A stretch of DNA of 62,993 bases from Verrucomicrobiales bacterium (GTDB taxonomy: Bacteria > Verrucomicrobiota > Verrucomicrobiia > Limisphaerales > UBA9464): assembly GCA_040375265.1 (NCBI GenBank), contig JBEISV010000001.1, positions 1-62,993 on the forward strand. The letters are read 5' to 3'. Position numbers and translations under genes: made by a program. A model generated the notes under the pieces. It was not told where the DNA came from. It made no database searches and was given only the letters and a program-made list of their open reading frames with translations. Positions 16,501 to 24,404 of this stretch are shown here, in pieces (positions within the stretch are counted from its first letter, which is position 1; each line of letters opens with the position of its first letter).

Positions 16501-16614
16501 AAGCAGGGCAATCTTCAACAGGGCGGAGGTCACCCCGGCAGCTTGCCCCCGGGGGACGGCGCCGAAAAGCCCGCGGACGCCGAAATTGGCAGACCCGGCC
16601 GTCCCGGCCAGCAA
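13534..16614 (-). CDS. sensor histidine kinase, two-component-regulator propeller + Y_Y_Y sensor, HisKA_3/HATPase_c (NarX/LiaS-type output)
   Basis: Repeated 'LWIGT/LWVGG..GL.R' propeller blades. TM 'LTAATVALILLAGAV'. HisKA_3 H-box 'ERARIARNMHDDVGASL'. ATPase 'EALNNALKHSGA..DNGRGF'. Confidence 0.9.
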   Translation of the reverse strand: MLAGTAGSANFGVRGLFGAVPRGQAAGVTSALLKIALLALVGGCGLLGAEMPRPTGTNLPSASGEYLIQQWTSDDGLPQNSVIAIAQTTDGYLWLSTFGGLARFDGVRFEVFDPDQVPELASYFTYLSTDKDNGLWLSGSDGPVAHYSAGRFHRLTEADGLPGGTSPRIEAAPDGTVWAGTKAGRLLRRDGQRFVVAAEAPRPDWGELWQLVFDHSGRIWTEQVGEFAYLEQNRWHRFKPKGEGRAGSGIVPLPDGSVLVEGVPRGSHLLRHHQGALELFERFPFPSRSGARFCRERGGTLWCLNQGPLFRRGPAGGWAEVGRETALASNAHRAALEDREGNLWIGTDGAGLFRLRRRSVRAVGTAEGLTRPVVLSVAVRPEGEVLTAVHGRGVQRFDGRRFEQVLRPPALNDSQLAWCVWPRPDGGLWVGSYGLGLFDVAPGSATSRVWLPTNAPGLIGGPMFALLEDSLGQLWVGGAEGLSRRAQGQFRRWTQTNGLPDNYVGALAEAGAGAVWAGGNRGLVRVDDAGTRTFTRTDGLAHDHVRALFRDADGTLWIGGGGLTRLKEGKFTPIRAGDGLPVETIKSLVADDHGALWWGTPRGVVRCAKSELDEFCEGRRPRIEPTRFDRADGMPSNECGGIQPAVWKGPDGRLWFATLNGLAIIDPKNLPKNPLVPPVVIEAVMADGHALELRAGRVEIPPGTLLTEFRFTALSFVAPERNRFRCRLVGFEEELRETGNIRSAAYTRLAPGNYTFRVTAANNDGVWNDLGATVAVTVRPFLWQTLPFRLTAATVALILLAGAVRWLSQRRLRLQVAALERDQAVNRERARIARNMHDDVGASLTQIGLLSELARRQLQDPAGTASRLDELGNLSRDVVRNLDAMVWTVDPEHDTVAGLVEYLAGFAQEYVAPAGWACRLDLPPRLPDDPVPAATRHHVLLLMKEALNNALKHSGATEVTVRAAVEGRTLRLELADNGRGFDPATAGRFNDGLGNMRERARLAGGRCTITSTPATGTKISVELPLK

Positions 16615-16655
16615 AGCCCGCTCGACGCGCCGGCTTCGGGCGCCACACTGCCGCC

Positions 16656-17180
16656 GTGAGCGAACTGACTGTGCGCCGGGCCCGGCGGGACGATTGCCCG
16701 GCCATCCTCGCCATCTACAACGACGCCGTGCTGACGACCACCGCGAGCTACGACTACGAGCCGCGCACGCTGGAGCATCGTCAGGACTGGTTCGACGCCC
16801 ACCAGCGGGAGGATTACGCGATCTTCGTGGCCGAGGAGGTATTGCCCGACAGCTCGAAACGGGTCCTCGGGTGGAGCGCCCTGAACAAGTTCCACGACCG
16901 CATGGGTTACCGGTTCACCGCGGAGAATTCCGTCTATGTGGCCGCCGAGGCGCGCGGCCGCGGCCTGGGTTCCGCCCTGCTCGGGCTGCTGGTCGAGGCG
17001 GCGCAGGCGCGCGGGTTGCACGCGATCCTGGCGGTCATTGACGCGCAGAACGAAGCCAGCCTCCGGCTGCACGCCAAATTCGGCTTCGAGCAGGTCGGGC
17101 TGTTCAAGCAGGTGGGCTTCAAGTTCGGCCGCTGGCTCGACGTGGCCTACCTGGAGAAGCTGCTGCCGGACGTGGACTGA
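16656..17180 (+). CDS. GNAT N-acetyltransferase, phosphinothricin/methionine-sulfoximine acetyltransferase-like
   Basis: GTG start. '[53 protein letters not shown]'. Confidence 0.85.
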   Translation: MSELTVRRARRDDCPAILAIYNDAVLTTTASYDYEPRTLEHRQDWFDAHQREDYAIFVAEEVLPDSSKRVLGWSALNKFHDRMGYRFTAENSVYVAAEARGRGLGSALLGLLVEAAQARGLHAILAVIDAQNEASLRLHAKFGFEQVGLFKQVGFKFGRWLDVAYLEKLLPDVD

Positions 17181-17244
17181 ACGCAGGAGTCGGCGGCCGA
17201 CCTTCGGCTGGCTTCCGCCCCGGACTTCGACGAGGGTGCCGGCC

Positions 17245-18210
17245 ATGAGCGACCTGCTTTCCGGACTCAAGCAAAACAGCATCGTCGTGGCTGACACGGG
17301 CGATTTCGCGGCGATGCGGAAGTATCAGCCCCGCGACGCCACGACCAACCCCAGCCTGCTGCTCAAGGCGGCCACCATGCCCGAATACGCCGAGGTGGTG
17401 GCACGCACGGTCGAGGACGCGAAACGCGAGGCGCCGACCGCGGCCGCCGCACTGGGCCTATGCATGGACAAGCTGGCCGTCGCCTTCGGCCTGGAGATCC
17501 TGAAAATCGTGCCGAACCGGGTTTCGACCGAAGTGGACGCCCGCCTGTCGTTCGACACCGCGGCCAGCGTCGCCAAGGCGCGCCAGCTCATCGCGATGTA
17601 TGAGGCCGCCGGCATTCCGCGCGAACGCATCCTCATCAAGCTGGCCTCCACCTGGGAAGGCATCCGGGCCGCCGCCGAGCTCAAGCGCGACGGCATCCGG
17701 TGCAACCTCACGCTGCTGTTCTCGTTCGCGCAGGCCGTCGCGTGCGCCGAGGCAGGCGTGCAACTGATCTCGCCGTTCGTCGGCCGCATTCTCGACTGGC
17801 ACAAGAAAGCCACCGGCACGGCGAGCTACGCCCCGGCCGAGGATCCGGGCGTGAAGTCGGTCACGAAAATCTACGCTTACTACAAGAAGTTCGGCTACGC
17901 GACCGAGGTGATGGGCGCCAGCTTCCGGAACAAGGAGGAAATCCTGGAACTCGCCGGCTGCGACCTGCTGACCATCGCGCCGGCCTTGCTGGAAGAACTC
18001 GCCGGCGGAACCGGTCCGGTGGCACGCAAACTCGCCCCGGAAGCGGCCGCAGCCGCGAACCTCGAGAAACTTTCGCTCAGCGAGTCTGCCTTCCGCTGGC
18101 AGCACAACGAGGATGCAATGGCCACGGAGAAACTGGCCGAGGGCATCCGGCTGTTCGCCGCCGACTCGCTCAAGCTGGAGAAATTCCTGGCCGAACGTTT
18201 GGCCGCCTGA
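17245..18210 (+). CDS. tal: transaldolase
   Basis: '[30 protein letters not shown]'. Schiff-base Lys context '[11 protein letters not shown]'. 321 aa, TalB-like length. Confidence 0.95.
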   Translation: MSDLLSGLKQNSIVVADTGDFAAMRKYQPRDATTNPSLLLKAATMPEYAEVVARTVEDAKREAPTAAAALGLCMDKLAVAFGLEILKIVPNRVSTEVDARLSFDTAASVAKARQLIAMYEAAGIPRERILIKLASTWEGIRAAAELKRDGIRCNLTLLFSFAQAVACAEAGVQLISPFVGRILDWHKKATGTASYAPAEDPGVKSVTKIYAYYKKFGYATEVMGASFRNKEEILELAGCDLLTIAPALLEELAGGTGPVARKLAPEAAAAANLEKLSLSESAFRWQHNEDAMATEKLAEGIRLFAADSLKLEKFLAERLAA

Positions 18211-18236
18211 ACCGGCGGCGGCCTCGGGTCGGACTG

Positions 18237-18926
18237 CTACCGCACGTAGACGACCTGCGTGCGGGCGATCAAATCGTGCAGGGCACGCCGCTCGGGCGTC
18301 AGGCCGATCAGCAGGTAGCCAAATCCCAGCGTGACCTTGCTCAGCCAGTCCGCGAACTGGCGCCCGATGGCCTGGCCAAAGCCGATGGGTGAGCCGTCCA
18401 AGCGGACGATCCGGAGGCCGAGCATGCGTTTGCCGGGCGTGGCGCCCCGCAGGGCGTTGAAGAGGATGAAATAGGCGAATGCGATCGGGATATCCACCGC
18501 TCCGAGCGTCAGCAGTGCCCGGCCCAACACCTTGGGGTCGGGCTTCTCCGCCTTCATTTCGGTCTCGACCGCCTTCTGCAACTCCAGCCGTCCGTCCGCC
18601 CACGGCAGCGTGACGAACGAGATCAGGCACAGCACGATCAGCCAGTCGAAGAGGTAGGCCAGGAAGCGGATCCAGAAGCCCGCCCGCCGCGGAATGCCCG
18701 ACCTAGGTGTCTCCTCAGTCAGGACGGGGGGGGCGACCACCGGTTTCGGCAAGTCCCACTTGAGTTCGTCCCGACCGTCCGCCGGCAGCCAGCGGGCTTC
18801 ATCGGCACGCCAGACCAGCGTGGCCGGGGCCACCCGGCCGTCTTCGCACCATTGCCGGAGTTCTTCCAGCGTGGCCGGGCCGTATTCGTGGCCGTCACCG
18901 CCGATGATCTTGTATTCCGCCGCCAT
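18237..18926 (-). CDS. GYF_2 (DUF4339) domain + RDD-family membrane protein
   Basis: 'YKIIGGDGHEYGPATLEELRQWCEDGRVAPATLVWRADEARWLPA' then 'RRAGFWIRFLAYLFDWLIV..PGKRMLGLRIV'. Start at MAAEYK. Confidence 0.8.
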   Translation of the reverse strand: MAAEYKIIGGDGHEYGPATLEELRQWCEDGRVAPATLVWRADEARWLPADGRDELKWDLPKPVVAPPVLTEETPRSGIPRRAGFWIRFLAYLFDWLIVLCLISFVTLPWADGRLELQKAVETEMKAEKPDPKVLGRALLTLGAVDIPIAFAYFILFNALRGATPGKRMLGLRIVRLDGSPIGFGQAIGRQFADWLSKVTLGFGYLLIGLTPERRALHDLIARTQVVYVR

Positions 18927-18972
18927 TGATAGGGCGGTGGATAGCGGTGGAAGGGGGTGGTCGCAAATGGAA

Positions 18973-19602
18973 TCAGTCCCCGCGCATCTGCTTCCGCAGT
19001 TCACGCGCGAGGTTGAACCCCTTGAATACCTCGAACAAAGCCCACGCCCGGATGGCGACCGCAAACCACGCCTGGACGACCGCCGCCTCGTAGAGCCGGA
19101 ACGCCACCAGGATTCCGCCCAGCACAAACGCCCACGGGAACGCCTGCCGGGCCAGGAAACCGAGTCCGAGCAGCGCGGGGCCGAAGATGACGAGGCGGAC
19201 CAAGGTGCCCGGAGGCGCGCCCTCGCCGTTGAACACCGCCATCAGGCCGTAGAACAGCTCGAAACCGGCGATCCAGAAAAACCAACTGCCGTGCGCCCGC
19301 ATTTCGGCGACCGCGCCCGGATCAAGGTTTTCCAGGCTGGTCCCGCCGCGCGAACCGGCGCCGGCAGGACGGAAGCTGTCCACCGGCGTTTCCACCAACA
19401 CCGGACTCGGCGCGGCGGCCTCCGCCGGCCAGGCAAATTCCTGGTAATCGCCAGCCCGGAACCACCCTTCGACGTCGCTCCGCGCCATCTGCGTTTCCCG
19501 CGCCACCCGCCCTTCGTTGATCCACGCCTGGATCGTTTCGTGGGAATTGGCGCCGTAAGTCTGGCCGTCGCCGGCCACGATGGTGTAGGTGGGGGAACTC
19601 AT
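18973..19602 (-). CDS. GYF_2 (DUF4339) domain membrane protein
   Basis: 'YTIVAGDGQTYGANSHETIQAWINEGRVARETQMARSDVEGWFRA' followed by several hydrophobic helices. Start at MSSPTY. Confidence 0.75.
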   Translation of the reverse strand: MSSPTYTIVAGDGQTYGANSHETIQAWINEGRVARETQMARSDVEGWFRAGDYQEFAWPAEAAAPSPVLVETPVDSFRPAGAGSRGGTSLENLDPGAVAEMRAHGSWFFWIAGFELFYGLMAVFNGEGAPPGTLVRLVIFGPALLGLGFLARQAFPWAFVLGGILVAFRLYEAAVVQAWFAVAIRAWALFEVFKGFNLARELRKQMRGD

Positions 19603-19715
19603 GAAACGGTGGTTTTCGGTAACGGTTTTGCCGTCCCGGCTCAACGGGGAATTCGCCGTGAAAAATGGGCCTTGTCAGCCGGGGCTCCGCTGTTAGCGTC
19701 CGCGCTCCAATTTTT

Positions 19716-20006
19716 ATGAAGCCAGATATTCACCCGAAGAACTACCGGTTGATGATCTTCCGGGACTCTTCGAACGGTCAGCAGTTCCTCACGCGCTCTT
19801 GCGCGCACACCAACCTGAACGCGACTTGGGAAGACGGCCAGGAATACCCCCTCTACCTGCTGGGCATCTCGTCCTTCAGCCATCCGTTCTATACCGGACA
19901 GCAGAAGTTCGTGGATACGGCCGGCCGCGTGGACAAGTTCACGCAGCGCGCCGCCAAGACCGCCGAAATGCAGGCTGCCAAGGCGTCCACCGGCAAGAAG
20001 AAGTAG
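19716..20006 (+). CDS. rpmE: 50S ribosomal protein L31, type B (no CxxC zinc motif)
   Basis: 'MKPDIHPKNY..SSFSHPFYTGQQKFVDTAGRVDKF'. The Cys pair of type A is replaced by 'SSFSHPF'. Confidence 0.95.
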   Translation: MKPDIHPKNYRLMIFRDSSNGQQFLTRSCAHTNLNATWEDGQEYPLYLLGISSFSHPFYTGQQKFVDTAGRVDKFTQRAAKTAEMQAAKASTGKKK

Positions 20007-20020
20007 GTCGCTCCCCGCTC

Positions 20021-20066
20021 ACCGCCCGTCGGCCGGATTTTCCGCCGCCGGGCGGTTTTCTTTTGC
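20021..20066 (+). terminator. rho-independent terminator after rpmE
   Basis: ACCGCCCG (20021-28) pairs perfectly with CGGGCGGT (20049-56), followed by TTTTCTTTT. The loop is long (20 nt). Confidence 0.55.
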
Positions 20067-20076
20067 CCCGATACCG

Positions 20077-21168
20077 TTGCCCGCCGCCATGGACCTCCAC
20101 CCTTTCATCAGCCATTTCCGCCAGCGTTTCGCCGAGGTGGAAGCCCGCCTCAGCGCGCCGGACGCCTTCGCCAATCCGCAGAAGGGGCAGGAACTGACCC
20201 GCGAGCACGCCCGCCTTAAGGACCTGGTGGAAACCGGCGATACGTTCCTGAAGGCCGAGGCCGAACTGGCCGACAACCGCGCCATGCTCGCCGCCGAGGC
20301 GCCAGGCTCCGAAATGGCGGTCATGGCCGCAGAGGAAATCCAGCGGCTGGAAGCGACCTTCGCCCGCCTGACGCAACGGCTGCGCGAAGGCATCGTGCCG
20401 CCCAGTCCCAGTGATTCGCGCAACTCGATCCTCGAACTCCGCGCGGCCGCCGGCGGGGCGGAAAGCGCCCTGTTCGCCGCCGACTTGCTCCGCATGTATC
20501 AGCGTTACGCCGAGGGCAAGGGGTGGAAGTTTGAGGTGATGGACGCCAGTCCGTCCGACCTCGGCGGCCTCAAGGACGTGGTCGTGGGCGTGAGCGGCAC
20601 GGACATCTACAAGCGGCTGAAGTTCGAATCCGGCGTCCACCGCGTGCAGCGCGTGCCGGCGACCGAGGCACAGGGCCGCATCCACACCAGCACGGTCACC
20701 GTCGCGGTCATGCCTGAGGCGCAGGAAATCGACGTCGTCATCAAGCCCGAGGACCTCGAGATCAACGTCTGCCGCGCCGGCGGCCACGGCGGCCAGGGCG
20801 TCAACACCACGGACTCCGCGGTGCGCATCCTGCACAAGCCCACCGGCACCGAGGTGCGCTGCCAGGACGAACGTTCACAGCTCAAGAACAAGGCCAAGGC
20901 CATGATCGTCCTCCGGTCCCGACTGCTGGAACGCAAGCTGGCCGAGGAAGCGGAGAAGGTGGCCAAGGAACGCAAGGAACAGGTCGGCTCCGGCGAACGC
21001 AGCGAGAAGAGCCGCACCTATAATTTCCCGCAGAACCGGGTCACCGACCATCGTGTGGACCTGACGCTCTACAATCTCAGCGCCGTCATCGAAGGCGACC
21101 TGGACCCGTTGATCGAGCCGCTGATGGCCGACGAACTCCAGCGCAAGTTGGCGGAACTGAAGCTCTGA
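20077..21168 (+). CDS. prfA: peptide chain release factor 1
   Basis: 'RVPATE' (PxT tripeptide of RF1) and the GGQ motif 'AGGHGGQGVNTTDSAVRILHKPTG'. Confidence 0.97.
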   Translation: MPAAMDLHPFISHFRQRFAEVEARLSAPDAFANPQKGQELTREHARLKDLVETGDTFLKAEAELADNRAMLAAEAPGSEMAVMAAEEIQRLEATFARLTQRLREGIVPPSPSDSRNSILELRAAAGGAESALFAADLLRMYQRYAEGKGWKFEVMDASPSDLGGLKDVVVGVSGTDIYKRLKFESGVHRVQRVPATEAQGRIHTSTVTVAVMPEAQEIDVVIKPEDLEINVCRAGGHGGQGVNTTDSAVRILHKPTGTEVRCQDERSQLKNKAKAMIVLRSRLLERKLAEEAEKVAKERKEQVGSGERSEKSRTYNFPQNRVTDHRVDLTLYNLSAVIEGDLDPLIEPLMADELQRKLAELKL

Positions 21169-21235
21169 GAGCCGGATGCCACCCGGCGCGGGAACGCCTT
21201 GCGGGCCGGCAGACGAGGGCAAAAGCTCGCGCCCG

Positions 21236-23863
21236 ATGTTTGCGCGTTGGCTGTTCGTGATCCCGTGGCTGGGGCTGCCCTTGGCGGCCCAACCGGCGCT
21301 CCAGCCGGCCGGCGCGCTGAGCGGGCGGGTGGTGTTCATCGGCGCCGGGCATGGCTGGACCTATGCCAACACCTCGGCGAATCCCCGCTGGTTCACCCAG
21401 CGCGGCGTCGCCAACTCGATGGTCGAGGACTACGGCAACCTCGACCAGATGAACCTCTTCGCGGACTACCTGCGGCGCGCGGGCGCCACGGTGGTGCCCA
21501 CGCGGCCCGTGGGTTTCCAGACCAACGAAGTGGTGCTCGACAACACGTCGGCCTGCGTGCGGTTCACCGGCGGCTGGACCGTTTCCAGCGGCCCGGTCTA
21601 CTTCGGCGCGAGCGGCCAACCGGCCTACCGCTTTGCCGCGGTTGGCGCGACCGAGACGGCCACGGCGGCTTACGTGCCCACGATTCCGGCGGAAGGCGAT
21701 TACCCGGTCTATGCCTGGGCGGCGCACGGGACGAACCGGGTGAATCAGCTTTATCGCGTCCGGCACACCGGCGGGGAATCCCAGGTGCAGGTGCCGCATC
21801 ATCGCGTGGGCAACGGCTGGGTGTGGCTGGGCACGTTCCACTTCGCGGCCGGCCGGAGTGAGGACACCGGGTCCGTGATCGTCAGCAACGCGGCGGAACC
21901 CGGGACGGTCGCCTCCGGCGTGGTGGTGGCCGACGCGATCCGCTTCGGCAACGGCCTCGGGGACGTCGCGCGCGGCCCGGACGACGGCAGCCGGCCGGCG
22001 CGGGTGAGCGGTTTCCCGCGCGAAGAGGAGGCATCGCGCTACTGGATCGAACGAGGGCTGGGTCAAGGCCAGGACCGCGGCCTGTTCCACCGCGCCTCGC
22101 TCGACGACAGCGGCGACAACGTCGGCGCCCCGATCCGGTTGGCGGCCGAGATGAACCGCGAGGCGGCCAGCGGCTACTTCGACCGGCTCTACGTCAGCTT
22201 CCACAGCAATGCCGGCGGTGGCCGAGGTGTAACCGGGCTCTGGAACAACGACGCCCTGTTTCCGGGCACGAAGACCCGGCGGCAGAAGGAACTCGCGCTG
22301 GGGCTCGCGACGGAATTGCAGAACGAAATGCTGGCCCGGCAGGGCGCCGGCGAACTGGAGACCCCGTGGTTCACCCGGACCGTCAGCGGGCTGACCTTTG
22401 CCCGGACCGACTACGCGTTCGGCGAAATCCGCGCGGACGCGCTGGGCAACGAGATGGACGCCACGATCGTCGAGACCGCCTTCCACGACAGCGTCGAGGA
22501 CGCCAAGCTACTGCGCTCGCCCGTCGTCCGCGACGCCATGGCCAAGGCCACGACCCGCGGCGTGGTGCGGCACTTCGCGACCTACGGCGGCGGGACGGTG
22601 GCGTTTGCGCCCAATCCGCCCGCCCAGGTCCGCGCAACCCTGACCCGTGACGGCATCCAGGTGGCCTGGAACGCGGCGACCCGCGGCTTCACGCCGGCGC
22701 GCTACGTCATTTACCGGTCGGCGGACGGACGGGGCTTCGGCCGGCCGCAACCGGTGGCCAACGCGCTGGATTTCACGTTCACCGACGCCATGCCGGGACG
22801 GACTGAATTCTTCCGGGTCGCCGCGGTGAACACCGGCGGGGAATCCGCGCCGTCGCCGGTGGTGGCCTGCCGCTGGGTGCCCGGGGCGACGCCGGTGCTG
22901 GTGGTGAATGCGTTCGACCGGCTCGACCGCGCGTTGAATCCCCGGCAAAACATCAACGGCCCCGTCATCGAACGCGTGCAGCCGGGCCGGGCCAATGCGG
23001 GCGACTACGTCGGGGAGCACGCGCGGGCACTGGCGGACTGCGGCCTGGGCTTTGACTCGGCCCATGCCAGCGCGGTCGGCACCGGACGGGTGCAGCTGGC
23101 CGGTTACTCGGCGGTGCTGTGGGCCGCGGGCAACGAGTCCACGGCCGACGAGACCTTTTCCGCCGCGGAACGCGCGCCGGTCGCAGCCTACCAACAGGCG
23201 GGGGGCGCCCTCTTCGTGTCCGGCGCGGAAGTGGGCTGGCACCTGGGCCGGTCCAGCGGGCCGGACGCCGGCGAACGACAGTTCCTGGGCGGGGTCTTGC
23301 ACGCGGCGCTGGCCAGCGACCTGGACGACGACGCGGGCACGGCCCGGGCACGGGGGCAGGCGGGCGGCCTGTTCGGTGACTTGGGGGAATTCCAGTTTGG
23401 CGACGCGGTCGGCGGACGTTACGCGGTCAATTCCCCCGACGTCCTGACGCCGGCCGGCTTTGGCGCGACGGCCGCGCTCGAATACGTCGGTGGCCGGACC
23501 GGGGCGGCAGCGGTGGCCTATGACGGTTCCAGCGGGGGCGGGCGCACAGTGCTGCTGGGCTTCCCGTTCGAGACCGTGGAGCCGGCGATTCAGCGCACGC
23601 GGCTGCTGGCGGAGGCGCTGGAATTTTTTGGGCTATTGCCGGCGCCCTCGCTGGGCATCCCGGAAAGCGTGGCGCCCGACACGGTGCGCCTTCGGGTTGC
23701 CGCGATCCCCGGCAAGCGTCACTGGCTTCAGGCCTCTACTGGCGCGCCGGGCGAACCGTGGGCCAATGTCGGCGAACCGGTCGTGGCCGAGGAGCCGGAG
23801 CTGATCTTCGACGTGGGCGCGGTGCCCGCCGGGGCAGGTTGGTTCCGGGTCGTCCGGGAGTGA
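21236..23863 (+). CDS. large secreted Amidase_3-like (N-acetylmuramoyl-L-alanine amidase fold) protein with a golvesin-C-like insert
   Basis: Signal peptide 'MFARWLFVIPWLGLPLAAQP'. 'VVFIGAGHGW', 'YVSFHSNAGGG' and 'ETAFHDS' are amidase_3-type motifs. Insert 'GDYPVYAWAAHGTNRVNQLYRVRHTGG..GWVWLGTFHF'. Ends 'GWFRVVRE'. Confidence 0.75.
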   Translation: MFARWLFVIPWLGLPLAAQPALQPAGALSGRVVFIGAGHGWTYANTSANPRWFTQRGVANSMVEDYGNLDQMNLFADYLRRAGATVVPTRPVGFQTNEVVLDNTSACVRFTGGWTVSSGPVYFGASGQPAYRFAAVGATETATAAYVPTIPAEGDYPVYAWAAHGTNRVNQLYRVRHTGGESQVQVPHHRVGNGWVWLGTFHFAAGRSEDTGSVIVSNAAEPGTVASGVVVADAIRFGNGLGDVARGPDDGSRPARVSGFPREEEASRYWIERGLGQGQDRGLFHRASLDDSGDNVGAPIRLAAEMNREAASGYFDRLYVSFHSNAGGGRGVTGLWNNDALFPGTKTRRQKELALGLATELQNEMLARQGAGELETPWFTRTVSGLTFARTDYAFGEIRADALGNEMDATIVETAFHDSVEDAKLLRSPVVRDAMAKATTRGVVRHFATYGGGTVAFAPNPPAQVRATLTRDGIQVAWNAATRGFTPARYVIYRSADGRGFGRPQPVANALDFTFTDAMPGRTEFFRVAAVNTGGESAPSPVVACRWVPGATPVLVVNAFDRLDRALNPRQNINGPVIERVQPGRANAGDYVGEHARALADCGLGFDSAHASAVGTGRVQLAGYSAVLWAAGNESTADETFSAAERAPVAAYQQAGGALFVSGAEVGWHLGRSSGPDAGERQFLGGVLHAALASDLDDDAGTARARGQAGGLFGDLGEFQFGDAVGGRYAVNSPDVLTPAGFGATAALEYVGGRTGAAAVAYDGSSGGGRTVLLGFPFETVEPAIQRTRLLAEALEFFGLLPAPSLGIPESVAPDTVRLRVAAIPGKRHWLQASTGAPGEPWANVGEPVVAEEPELIFDVGAVPAGAGWFRVVRE

Positions 23864-23893
23864 CCTCCGCCCAAAAACGCCTGGCAAACCGGT

Positions 23894-23929
23894 AAAAGAA
23901 AAAAGCCCCCGCGAGGCGGAGGCTTTTTC
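23894..23929. terminator. bidirectional rho-independent terminator
   Basis: A-run, then stem GCCCCCGC-gag-GCGGAGGC (one mismatch), then TTTTT. It sits between the convergent amidase-like gene and tRNA-Phe. Confidence 0.65.
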
Positions 23930-23934
23930 GGGAG

Positions 23935-24010
23935 TGGTGGCTGCGGCCGGAATCGAACCAGCGACACGCGGATTTTCAATCCGCTGCTCTACCAACTGAG
24001 CTACACAGCC
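23935..24010 (-). tRNA. tRNA-Phe (anticodon GAA), CCA encoded
   Basis: The reverse complement folds as a cloverleaf: acceptor GGCTGTG/CGCAGCC, D-arm GCTC-AGTTGGTA-GAGC, anticodon arm GCGGA-TTGAAAA-TCCGC, T-arm GCTGG-TTCGATT-CCGGC, discriminator A plus CCA. 76 nt. Confidence 0.95.
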
Positions 24011-24121
24011 CCAAACGCGGGGCGGAATAGAGACGACAGAGCATGGCTCGTGCAAGAGCTTTTTGCCGGAAGTTTGCCCGCCGTCGCGCCATTTTCCGAC
24101 GCCGGTAGGCAGGCATCGGCC

Positions 24122-24325
24122 TTAACGGACCGTTGCCCGAAGCATCGCCGGGTAGTTGGTGTCGGTGATGCGGACGATCGGGCGCTGGTGATCGCCATTG
24201 TCGTAGATGCTGGGACCGTAGCGGAGCTGGGTCAGCGGGTAGGACGAGGAGGCGCAGCCGTTGGCCAGGAGGGCGGCGAGCAGCAAAGCGCCCGCGCACA
24301 GGAGGTGACGAGGTTTGGTGGTCAT
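24122..24325 (-). CDS. small lipoprotein, unknown function
   Basis: 'MTTKPRHLLCAGALLLAALLANGC' with lipobox LANG|C. 67 aa. Confidence 0.55.
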   Translation of the reverse strand: MTTKPRHLLCAGALLLAALLANGCASSSYPLTQLRYGPSIYDNGDHQRPIVRITDTNYPAMLRATVR

Positions 24326-24404
24326 AGGCAGTCGTATTGGAGGAACCCATTCTCGGTAGCGCACCTTCGCGCCCGGGTCAACCCGCCCGGCGAATGCCCG
24401 GGCC

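Noticed and set aside
20077-21168. Possible programmed frameshift site in the release-factor gene.
   Set aside because: The protein has the PAT tripeptide and is RF1. The +1 frameshift is a feature of prfB (RF2). The ORF is continuous from ATG to stop.
23935-24010. tRNA-Phe as the boundary of an integrated island.
   Set aside because: No integrase or recombinase is adjacent. I did not spot a duplicated copy of the tRNA 3' end nearby. The flanking genes are ordinary envelope genes with host-like GC.
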